64,000 bases of DNA from Octopus vulgaris (taxonomy: Eukaryota): the NCBI GenBank assembly GCA_951406725.2, contig OX597818.1:32736001-32800000 (forward strand). The letters are read 5' to 3'. Positions 52,805 through 64,000 of the stretch are shown here, in pieces. Position 1 is the stretch's first letter, and every line of letters begins with the position of its first letter. The notes under the pieces were generated by a model. The model searched no databases and was not told where the DNA came from. It worked only from the letters and a program-made list of their open reading frames with translations. The translations under genes and the position numbers were made by a program.

Positions 52805-52999
52805 GTATGTGTGTGTTTGTGTGTCTGTGTTTGTCCCCCTAGCATTGCTTGACAACCGATGCTGGTGTGTTTACGTCACCGTAACTTAGCAGTTCAGCAA
52901 AAGAGACCGATAGAATAAGTACAAAGACTAAGCCTGGGCTCGACTAAAGGCGTTGCTCCACCATGGCCACAGTCAAATGACTGAAACAAGTAAAAAGTA
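52442..52999 (+). mobile_element. SINE family A preceded by a copy of its own 3' tail
   Basis: Tail fragment 52442-52510, (TA/CA)n, full copy 52610-52999; GTAAAATAT on both flanks. Confidence 0.85.
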
Positions 53000-53013
53000 G
53001 TAAAATATTATGA

Positions 53014-53076
<63 letters not shown>

Positions 53077-53671
53077 AAGTTATTGTCATAATCATTAGTA
53101 ATATTTTCTTGATTTACTTATGAAATACCAAGTATTTCAGCTTTAACAGAAAGTGTCAATTTTGACCTTTCCCAACAAGAATCTAGTCAGTCAAGTGTCT
53201 TGTTTTCCCAATGGTTTTCCGCAAATTGATCTAGCATCCAGCCTTTTCAAAACAACAATATTCCATCTGTCAAATGTATGGCTGGTGTGCATTTAACAAA
53301 TACAGTGACATACGGCGTGGAAGAATACTTCAATTTACTTTAATGTTCGGATGAAAACATTCTCCCATTCATTATGGACTCAGTAATTCGTAATTAATAT
53401 GTTCTTGCTGGGATTATGATATATCGAATATGTCAGTTCGTTCACTGTTATGTGCGTCTTTAATGCCAGTAGATTATTCGGTTTTTAAGAGTGAGTATTC
53501 CTAATGTATATTAATAGGTATCTAAGAAAATTATCCTCTATACTCCGTGGCCGTCATATTACTAGGAGAAAGCTTCTTGCCTGCTCATTTCTAATATTTT
53601 TATTTGGTATTTTTGTAAATTAACATCGTCTTATTGATCCGAGGTTAAAAATATTTACGAAGTAGTATCAA

Positions 53672-53924
53672 ATGTGGGTAGGGAAAATTTATATAGACAG
53701 ATATAGACATACGCATGTGGGTAGGGAGAATTTATATAGACAGATATAGACATGCGTATGTGGGTAGGGAGAATTTATATAGACAGATATAGACATACGC
53801 ATGCGGGTAGGGAGAATTTATATAGACAGATATAGACATGCGTATGTGGGTAGGGAGAATTTATATAGACAGATATAGACATACGCATGTGGGTAGGGAG
53901 AATTTATATAGACAGATATAGACA
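53672..53924. repeat. 43-bp minisatellite, six copies with alternating variants
   Basis: ATGTGGGTAGGGAGAATTTATATAGACAGATATAGACAT(ACGC/GCGT) at 53672, 53715, 53758, 53801, 53844 and 53887. Confidence 0.95.
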
Positions 53925-54369
53925 GTTCAGTAAAAGAGACCGATAGAATAAGTACAAAGACTAAGCCTGGGCTCGACTAAAGGCATTGCTCCACCATGGT
54001 CGCAGTCAAAATGACTGAAACTGTCTATATCTGTCTATATAAATTCTCTCTACCCACATTTGATACTACTTCGTAAATATTTTTAACGCATAAGTGTATG
54101 TATAAATCTGTTATAAATCTCTCATTACCCATGTAGATTTGTGCATATACTCCCGATATAAATCTGTTATAAATCTCTCGCCCGTGTAGATTGTGCGCAT
54201 ACTCCCGTGTATTCTGGAATAGCGAGTATTATCTCGGATTCAAACGTTGCTTTAGCTATTTGTATGTCTCTTAGTAATAAATAGTCTTCAGTCCTTTCGA
54301 TAATAATATTTAAAGGACAACTTTATATTAATAGATAGTACAATTCATTCTACTGAAACAGCTGTGTGC

Positions 54370-54810
54370 TAAGGGAGCTGCTGCAGTCCATCTCTGAATG
54401 CTGCAGTCAACGTTTCACCAGGCATCTGTCGCTGTTTCAGCTCTTTCCGCCATGACACCAGAACTTCCGTTGCCACACAACAATGTAGGAGAAAAAAAAA
54501 AAAAACACCGACACAACAGCTCGAGCTTTCTCGAATCAGATGTTGTGAGTCTGCACTAAATGTTTACTATCTACCTTAATGCTTGCTCTTCCTGCACCAC
54601 TTTTCATCTCTCTTCAGCCAGATGTATAGGGTTATTTTCTTAGCGGCATCCAACAATTTTCTCGCAACATCTTTTCTTTCTTTTGCTACTAGTCCAAAAC
54701 TTCTGGTTTCAACAAATCTTCTAACACCTATTGCTATATAAAGCAATATTGCCTGCCATCCATTGATTTTACAAAGTTCAACCAGTTCACTGTATTTTGT
54801 CTTTCTGGTA
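54370..54810 (-). pseudogene. HERO-like RLE non-LTR retrotransposon 3' fragment
   Basis: KYSELVELCKINGWQAILLYIAIGVRRF...LLDAAKKITLYIWLKRDEKW resembles the HERO endonuclease C-terminus KY.EL...C...GW...P.EVG.RGF...WLW.KR...W. Confidence 0.6.
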
Positions 54811-55309
54811 ATTAATATAAAATTACAAGGGAAGACAGAAGCAGAAATCACCACCAGAGTAATTTTGCGCATATTCATATTATAAGTTTAACATTTTAAT
54901 TACTAATCGCCTTCGTATATAAATATTCTACGTGCCTTTCGTATGACCGTTCGAACAATCTTTACAAATTCATCTCGATATTAAACAACACTGGAATTTA
55001 TACAACCTTCATGATTTTTAATTAAATCCACATTGATTTTCCTTAGTTAGTACTGAATATTTTCTACGTATATTAATTTGTTTATATGTTATTAATTCTT
55101 CATAATTCCATCAACATCGTCAGACTCTTTCAATATTCTCTAACTCAAATATGATAACACTTCACCATCCCGTTTAGAGAGAGGTGTGAGGGTGAGGAAA
55201 GAGAAAGTTAAACAATCAAATTACCAAATACAACGAGCAGAATCTCAGACAAGATCTATACTAAAGGTAAGAAAGGAACAAAATTAGTTCTGTAACAGCC
55301 ATAATAATG

Positions 55310-55682
55310 CTTTCTACTATAGGCACATAGTCTGACATTTTGAGGAGAGAAATTTTGATCCTAGCGTTCAACTGGTACTGATTTTAATGACATTGTTGAC
55401 ATTGGCCGAATTAGAACTCAGAACGTAAAAACAGGCCTTATACCGCTAAGTATTTTGTTCGGTGTGCTCACCACCTTTATAATTGTCATAAAAATGGTTT
55501 CAAATTTGGCACAAAGCCAAAATTTTCGAACCCAGTGTTAGACTGGTAATTATTTTATCGACTCTGAAAGGATGAAAGGTACAAATGATTTCCACGGAAT
55601 TTTTAACTCAGAACATAGAGACGAACGAAATACCGCTAAGCATTTTCTCCACCGTACCAAGGATTCTGCCAGCTCGCGGCCC
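55310..55682 (-). mobile_element. Degenerate SINE family B copies
   Basis: GAAAGGATGAAAGG, AACTCAGAAC and CTGCCAGCTCG motifs. Confidence 0.7.
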
Positions 55683-55776
55683 TAAAGGGTCATGATAGTA
55701 AATTGTTATTACACTGTTTAATAAACTTTTCCAAGCGAAATCTCGTATTCATAAATAAATAAATAATAATAAATAA

Positions 55777-56070
55777 TAGGCGTAGGAGTGGCTGTGTGGT
55801 AAGTAGCTTGCTTACGAATCACATAGTTCCGGGTTCAGTCCCACTGCGTGGCACCTTGCGCAAGTGTCTTCTACTATAGCTTCAGGCCGACCAAAGCCTT
55901 TTGAGTAGATTTGGTATACGGAAACTGAAAGAAGCCCGAAAGAAGGCTTTGGTCGGCCCGAGGCTATAGTAGAAGACACTTGCCCAAGGTGCCACGCAGC
56001 GGGACTGAACCCGGAACCATGTGGTTGGTAAACAAGCTACTTACCACACAGCCACTCCTGCGCCTAGTTC

Positions 56071-56103
<33 letters not shown>

Positions 56104-56378
56104 TGTATGTATGTATGTATGTATGTATGTATGTATGTATGTATGTATGTATGTATGTGTGTGTGTTTGTGTGTCTGTGTTTGTCCCACCAGCATCGCTT
56201 GACAACCGATGCTGGTGTGTTTACGTCCCCGTAACTTAGCGGTTCGGCGAAAGAGACCGATAGAATAAGTACTAGGCTTACAAAGAATAAGTCCTGGGTT
56301 CGATTTGCTCGAATAAAAGGCGGTGCTCCAGCATGGCCACAGTCAAATGACTGAAACAAGTAAAAGAGAGTAAAGAGT
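55777..56378 (+). mobile_element. SINE family A with an antisense family A head inserted at 55944-56073
   Basis: Head 55777-55938, inverted piece, (TATG)n, tail 56160-56378. Confidence 0.88.
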
Positions 56379-56982
56379 ATCTCTTAATATGTTTTGTCTA
56401 TCTTTTACTTATAGTTGAAAACTACTATATATAACGGAAACGGAAAGGTATTAAGACTTTTGTTCTTACTTCACCCCTTCAGTAGACCGTGACTACGCTG
56501 GGTCACTGCCTTCATAGCTTTAGCGTTGCGAGTCAAGCCGACTAATTATTGTTTTTGAAAAGTTTGGTAATTATTCCATCAATCATTTTGTCGAACTTCT
56601 ATGTTACATTACAGTTAATGTTTTTATCAAAAATTGTACAGAAGGTACTGACCAGTCCGGAGATATGGTATGAACACCCACCTGAATTGCTCTGTAGAGA
56701 GATTGAAACCGAAGCCATGTGGTGGTCCGAACAGTTACATTTGTGTCCTATTAGATTTATTTTGTCTTTTATTTTCTTTGAATTAAATCGTCTCTTGTTC
56801 TTTAATAGCTCAGTGCAAATACAGAAGTCTAGGAGAGTCTGAATTTAAGGCGGCTTCATACAGCGTATCTGTCAAAAAGCCATAGTTCACTAAGCATCGC
56901 CCACATAAGGAATTAAATTTAGTAAAATTAGTTAGTGAAACATTAATTAATTTGAGAGTGCTTTCAAAGCTAACAGCGGTAA

Positions 56983-57411
56983 GTACTCTTACTCTTTTAC
57001 TTGTTTCACTCATTTGACTGCGGCCATGCTGGAGCACCGCCTTTAATCGAGCAACTGGAGCCCGGGACATATTCTTTTGTAAGCCCAGTACTTATTCTAT
57101 CGGTCTCTTTTACCGAACCGCTAAGTAACGGGGACATAAACACACCAGCATCGGTTGTCAAGCAATGCTAGTGGGACAAACACAGACACACAAACACACA
57201 CACGCATACATATATATATATATATAAATATATATATACATATATACGACGGGCTTCTTTCAGTTTCCGTCTACCAAATCCGCTCACAAGGCTTTGGTCG
57301 GCCCGGGGCTATAGTAGAAGACACTTGCCCAAGGTGCCACGCAGTGGGACCGAACCCGGAACCATGTGGTTGGTAAACAAGCTACTTACCACACAGCCAC
57401 TCCTGCGCCTA
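56983..57411 (-). mobile_element. SINE family A
   Basis: Family match. Confidence 0.92.
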
Positions 57412-58012
57412 GTTCATAATATTTTAAAAGTTACTTGAACCTTCCCGGTTGTTGGATAAATACATTCTCGAAATAATATAGCATGAAAGTTCATACTTTC
57501 GGCTGGTTGTACAGCACCTTATTGATTCTCTGTTTATACAAAAATCAATACAGATTGCGAACACTTTCTCATATCCGCAGTTATTTTTTTAATTTATAAT
57601 ATTAAATTGATTAGAACAAAACTTTGCAGACAACAGCTGCATATTTTATGATCTTATGGTATCTTAGACAGAGTACTAACAATCAGAACCAATATTTTCA
57701 CCTGCTGAATAATTTGTATGTATGAAGAACTATAGAAGGTATCAACCATTTTAGTACATAACGAAGAATTAAATTTTAAAGTGATACGTAGTGATAGTGG
57801 GTTAAAGAACAAAATATTTTGTACTAGTTTTAACCAATCTGGAATGAGGCAGAAAGAGGTGATTAGGCTGCAGAGTTTAACAACTACGAAGCAGGATTTC
57901 ATGAGAAATATTTTGCTATCATATAAAAATACTTCGCCAAATTGTAAAATGCACCCGGAAAGCATGAGACATAAGAACATTTAAAATAGATGTATTTAAG
58001 ACATAATAAACT

Positions 58013-58420
58013 AGTGGTAAGTAGCTTGCTAACCAGCCACATGGTTCCGGGTTCAGTCCCACTGCGTGGCATCTTGGGCAAGTGTCTTTTGCTATAGCCC
58101 CGGGCCGACCAATGCCATGTGAGTGGATTTGGTAGACGGAAACTGAAAGAAGCCTGTCGTATATGTGTATATATATGTGTGTGTGTGTGTATGTGATTGT
58201 GTGTCTGTGTTTGTCCCCCTAGAATTGCTTGACAACCGATGCTGGTGTGTTTACGTCCCCGTCACTTAGCGATTTGGTAAAAGAGACCGATAGAATAAGT
58301 ACTGGGCTTACAAAGAATAAGTCCTGGAGTCGACTTGCTCGACTAAAGGCGGTGCTCCAGCATGGCCGCAGTCAAATGACTGAAACAAGTAAAAGAGTAA
58401 AAGAGTAAAGAGTAAAGAGA
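58013..58420 (+). mobile_element. SINE family A
   Basis: Family match, slightly 5'-truncated. Confidence 0.92.
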
Positions 58421-58653
58421 GCTGACTATTCAGTTTCATTAAAGGTCTTAGAAAGAAACTCGGTTTGATTACATCTCTAAAAAGCAGCGAGAAAGGCGTA
58501 AACATAACAGGATCTTGATTTGCTTTTTCTATAGATTGGTGGTATTAGAACATAGAAAGTATTGTAGCAGACAGATCGAGAGAATTTAATGATATATCAA
58601 CATAGAATCTGATGAGATAATGTTTGTCAATTATTATTAAAAACTAACGAGTT

Positions 58654-59018
58654 AAGGAGTGGCTGTGTGGTAAGTAGCTTGTAAAATTTTTGGTGTAAAA
58701 TTTTTTGTTGTAAAAATTTTTGTTGTAAACATTTTTTGTAAAGAAACTTTGTATTCGAGGGGTTATTGATCGACGGGTGCCAGTGCTCCTCCCATTTTTG
58801 TTCATCATTATCATCCTCATCTCATTAATGTTTTTGTCCAGCCCGCAGCTACTCATCTATGTACTGCCCTCCTGCAAATTCTAATGAAATAAAGTAGCTT
58901 GCTTACCAACCACATGGTTCCGGGTTCAGTCCCACTGCGTGGCATCTTGGGCAAGTGTCTTCTACTATAGCCTCGGGCCCACCAAAGCCTTGTGAGTGGA
59001 TTTGGTAGACGGAATATG

Positions 59019-59065
<47 letters not shown>

Positions 59066-59281
59066 GTATGCGTGTTTGTGTGTCTGTGTTGCTTGACAAC
59101 CGATGCTGGTGCGTTTACGTCGCCGTCACTTAGCGGTTCGGCAAAAGAGACCGATGAATTAAGTACTGGGCTTACAAAGAATAAGTCCCGGGGTCGATTT
59201 GCTCTCGACTAAAGGCGGTGCTCCAGCATGGCCGAAGTGAAAGGACTGAAACAAGTAAAAGAGTAAAAGAGAGTAAAGAGT
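58654..59281 (+). mobile_element. SINE family A interrupted by a 210-bp insert (58682-58891)
   Basis: AAGTAGCTTG duplicated at 58672-58681 and 58892-58901. Confidence 0.88.
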
Positions 59282-59885
59282 AAGTTTGCCATTGGAAAGT
59301 GGCTGGACTTGATGGAACCAAATGTTTTGGAATATTTTAAAACTCTCATTAGAAATTCTTGTCTTCGGTCTTCATTTCAAATACTTTGAAATCTATGCCA
59401 TCGAAGCTCGTTTTACAAATTTCCAAATAGAGTTTCAATAATTAGAACTTATTAGTTAACTAAAAAGAAAAAAAAATGTATATATTTTATTTTAAATCGA
59501 TGGCGCCAAACAGACAAAAATGAAATTCACGAACTATAGTATCAAACTGGTCTCAATATTAATACAAAAAAAAATCTTTTGTTTCTTATCAAAAATAGAA
59601 AGTGAATACAATATCATTTTGTAAATATGATATATTATTCCCTAATTTGAAATGAATTATGATATTCTGTTTGTGTGTGTTTTTTCTTTAGCTTTGATAA
59701 CGCCAATACTAAAACACACCAACACACGCACTCCCCAATAAGTTTTTTACACATGGCGTGAGACTGTTGATCGATCGGAGTTTAATATAGCAGGGGAACA
59801 ATTGATCCATTTTCATATTCCCACCCGTAAAACTATTGACATGATGTGTTTGTGTTTACACTTTCATCATGATGCTTTGTTTATT

Positions 59886-59930
<45 letters not shown>

Positions 59931-60422
59931 TTATTTTTTCATTTTACTTCTAAAAACTAAACTAGATAAATATGAAAATCAAATAACTGAAATAATCAAT
60001 ATTATATGTCCAAATCACTTCCTCTGAGAACGTGATTTTTTTTCTATGATTCTTCGTTTGGGCACTCATTAGCAAATAGTAAGTAAAAAATGATTTATGT
60101 CGAAGACAATTTTAAAATTTGCCGTCCATTTAGCAAAATGTCAAACCAAATTTTTCTAGGGGGAAATTTTTCCTGGACGGCTCTTTGGTGCTTTGCTACC
60201 TTCGTTACAGTTGGTTAGCTACAGCACGCCTGCCCACATCCATTCATTTGTAAGTGGGCATTTGTATGATTAATTGGACATATTGTCCCAGCTGTGCAAA
60301 CTAAAAGCAAAACAAAATGTTATCTGTTGTTTTCTAAGAAGAATTATGTGTTCAAAAACATATATTTCATATATATTATATACACATGCACATATATCAT
60401 TATGAATTTATGAACACACACA

Positions 60423-60495
<73 letters not shown>

Positions 60496-60928
60496 GCACA
60501 AACTTATACACGTATATATGTATACATATGTATATGAATAATTATATATATGTATATACATATGTAAGTGTGTGTGTTTGTAGGTAGAAGAAATTTTAAA
60601 TATAGTTTACGAATGATTGCATATTTTAATCTGTGTGTTGCTACACAATGTCTAGTAAAACAAAGAGGAAAAAAAACCCAATTTAATCGCATAGAAAATA
60701 GTCCTGTAGTCAATTATTTTAACGAGGTGATTGACTGCAGAAGACAGATTATAAATTATGGAAATGCCTTGGGGTGTACATGGTGTACATGAGGTGTTGA
60801 CGTCTAGAATCGGACGTTGTGAGACCTTAATCCATCCCTTATGCTGAGCTCAGCACCAAACTTTAATCTGTATGTAACCAACAGGCAGAGTAAAAAAAAA
60901 AAAAAAATAATAATAATAATGAATAATG

Positions 60929-61114
<186 letters not shown>

Positions 61115-61609
61115 CAAAGAGGACCCATTAATGGGACCAGATATAACTGTAGAAGAATAAGAAGAAAAAGAAACTTCGGCAAGATTTTTAACGTAGAACT
61201 CAGAAGAAAGCAATATACATTTTTGTCGGACATTTAGTCTGCGGCTGATGAAAATTGATATTATTTTCTAACATAATCACAGCCACACAACTACAAGAAA
61301 GCTATTTGAATAACCGTAGTAACTGTCTAATATTTATTCAAGTCAAGGAAGTAATCTTGATCTTCGATAATTAAAAACAAAATCTCTCAATAATCACAAC
61401 GTGCTTGTCTTAAAATGCCAATAATTACATTGTTAGCAAAGTTGTATTAGATTAATTATTTCAATAAAATATGGAATGCTAGCGAGTGTTGACTGAAGTA
61501 GATGATAGATCTACTTCATCAATGTTTGCCTAATACTAAACAGTAGCATCAACATCAAATAATACTTATTTAATCAAACTTTGTGAGTGGAAAGACATTT
61601 CGTGTCATA

Positions 61610-62008
61610 TCTTTATATATAAAAGAGAAGTTGTGTGTCTGTCTCCTACGATTTAGATTCCTAACTACTCCCACATTTTGCGGTGCAGTTAAACCAAAAC
61701 CGGGTATCTTATAGTCGTGATTCATATCGAGCCCTTCTGGGTATTAGCGCGCGTCTACGATGAATCTACGATTTAAAAAAATTTTACCATAATTTTTTTT
61801 CCATTTTAATGCACTTTTTCGTTATTATATAAGGGAAGTAACTCTCTAAAAATGTCTACGATGAGTCAACGATTTAAAAAAAAAATTACAATCATTTTTT
61901 TCCCATCTTTAATGCATTTTTTTGCTATTTTTTTAGCTATAACTCTCTAAAAATGCTTATATAGTTATTTCCCTTACAAACCCGAGCAACGCCGGGCGAT
62001 ACTGCTAG
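61610..62008 (+). mobile_element. Non-autonomous Helitron
   Basis: A|TCTTTATATATAAAA 5' end; 3' hairpin CCCGAGCAACGCCGGG, then CTAG|T; no TSD; internal ~100-bp direct repeat. Confidence 0.88.
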
Positions 62009-62084
62009 TCTTGTTATATATCAAAAACTGATGTCACTAAACCCTCAACATAGTTAATCTATAGCTGCGGCTTTTCTAATAAAG

Positions 62085-62437
62085 AAGTGGTTCTCAACCA
62101 TGTTTTACGTATGAACCCCTTTGATTACTATTTTATTCTGGTGGATCCCTTTAACCATTCGATGTTCATAACTATTTATATATTTATATAGACACGTCTT
62201 CCAAAATTTCTATTTTGTTTTTTTACACATTCACTTCTGGAGGTTGAACTAAGCAAAACGTTTGAGAAATAAATTTAGTTGTTTATTACAATAAATATAT
62301 CTAAAGGAAAACTTTTCCTCGACCCTGAAAATACTAATGTGGATCCCTAATTTACTATTTTGCTCGCATGCTCCCTCCACCGACCACAATCCCATATGGA
62401 TTCCTCGGGCGAAATAGAGCCCGGTTTAGAACAACTG
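62085..62437. mobile_element. Degenerate hAT-type MITE
   Basis: AGTGGTTCTCAACC ... GGTTTAGAACAACTG resemble hAT CAGTGGTTCTCAACC TIRs; TSD not clear. Confidence 0.5.
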
Positions 62438-63313
62438 TTCAAAATAAGTGTTGATTTTCACAAGTGTTGATTTTAAAGCGGTAAATTCATCGAACATTTT
62501 GTGGGTATATATAAACAATGTAGAAAAATGGTACCTTAGTTTATCGGCTTGGAAAAGTAAAATATATTATTCAGCTCAGTGGATTTGAACTCAAAATTAA
62601 CTGCTGTTTCGTTAAAAAATACTTGATACAATTACAAATTTAAAGGAAGATTTCTTTCTAAGTTATCAACTATTTAAAGAAAATTATTTCGAGAATAGAA
62701 TGTCACCGACCTTTGGAGAAGTTTTATGCGTTGTATACTACTTGGAATGTGAACACTATTAAACATTGCTTAAACTCGCCATTACTAAGGATTTATGTAA
62801 ATCAGGTTTACTGATTTGCATATATAACCCATTGTTGGCAACTAGTACAATTAAGAAACTTCATGGTATGAACAGAGCTTTGTTTCAGTGACAATATATT
62901 TACAACTTGTCTATTATGTACATTATATACGAAAATCGATAGATACATTGTGTAGTAAAGAACTGCATTGAAACAAAACACTTCAATGCAGATTAATTCA
63001 AGTTTCCACCTAAACACAAAGAGGGCATAATTTTAACAATAGTGGTGTCTTTGAGCGGGGACTCTATGGCTACATAATAATTGTATTACATCACTCATGA
63101 AATCCCAATACGGGTGTGAAACTATTTCAGATGACACCCTGTTTTCTGCCGACGAATACATTGTATATAAAAAGGCTATTCCAATTTGTCTTAACTAAAA
63201 TCCGTAGTATATTCTATAGAACAGTAAAGCAATTAACCATTTAATTCGAAGTCCACAGAGTACTGCTCTGCAATTATTTCTCATACCAAACATTAATATA
63301 TTTACATTGTAAG

Positions 63314-63525
63314 AAGGCGGCGAGCTGGCTGAAACGTTAGCGGTATTTCGTCTGCCGTTTCGTTCTGAGTTCAAATTCCGCCGAAGTCGACTTTGCCTTT
63401 CATCCTTTCGGGGTCGATAAATTAAGTACCAGTTACGCACTGGGGTCGATGTAATCGACTTAATCCGTTTGTCTGTCCTTGTTTGCCCTCTCTGTGTTTA
63501 GCCTCTTGTGGGTAGTAAAGAAATA
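63314..63525 (+). mobile_element. SINE family B
   Basis: 16-bp TSD ATATTTACATTGTAAG at 63298-63313 and 63526-63541. Confidence 0.93.
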
Positions 63526-64000
63526 ATATTTACATTGTAAGTTCTGCAATTCAATTTTACACTCAATTTGCGTTCACAGGGCACCGTCAATTCAAAAATA
63601 TTGGCATATTTTAGTCAAAATATTCCACGATAGAAGATTAACGTCTTGTTTCGTTATTGCAATACGGTTTCAAACTACGGTGTTTCATTCATTCTGAGGC
63701 ATCTTTTGTTTATTTAGAAGTTTCGAATAGGTTTTCTTTTTCATCGGCAATTCTTTTTCGGGTTCTTTGTGGAAAACTGCAAAGTGCGAGTTAGATGACT
63801 CTCTTCTAACACGCTGCCAAATATAACTGACATTGAAAATCGAAGTGGAACATGGACACGATTAACGGCATAGGTAAAAAGTGGGACACCCCTCATCAGA
63901 CATAGAGATCAGAAACTACTTAGGTTCGGTGCATTTAAAATCCATATGCATTTAATTCTGTGGTACTAATGATAGCTCTTATCACTGAAACGATAGACGT

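Noticed and set aside
57654-57984. Non-repetitive short ORFs as host exons (also 7298-7615, 29925-30212, 62808-63017)
   Set aside because: No recognisable domains or consistent splice pattern; small exons cannot be excluded without RNA-seq

Overview
AT-rich, microsatellite-dense eukaryotic non-coding DNA. The SINE repertoire and (TA)n/(ATT)n/(CAT)n load look like an octopus/coleoid genome (inference from recognition, not a search). I see no intact host gene; almost all ORFs in the track are microsatellite or SINE translation artefacts. The window is a mosaic of about 35 copies of at least four tRNA-derived SINE families (labelled A-D here), relics of Penelope-like (RT and GIY-YIG), Dong/R4, CR1, HERO-like and L1/Tx1-like retroelements, two mariner derivatives, a non-autonomous Helitron and several MITEs. 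The most interesting signal is a recurring class of sequence-unrelated fold-back (inverted-repeat) insertions, mostly in or beside microsatellites. Most carry a minimal type-I hammerhead-ribozyme-like fold with a palindromic stem III and a variant core. They include a tRNA-headed SINE with a hammerhead-like tail, arranged head-to-head, and a ~150-bp tandem retrozyme-like unit. Together they suggest a Penelope-driven set of small non-autonomous ribozyme-bearing RNAs. All ribozyme calls are by-eye folds and need testing.
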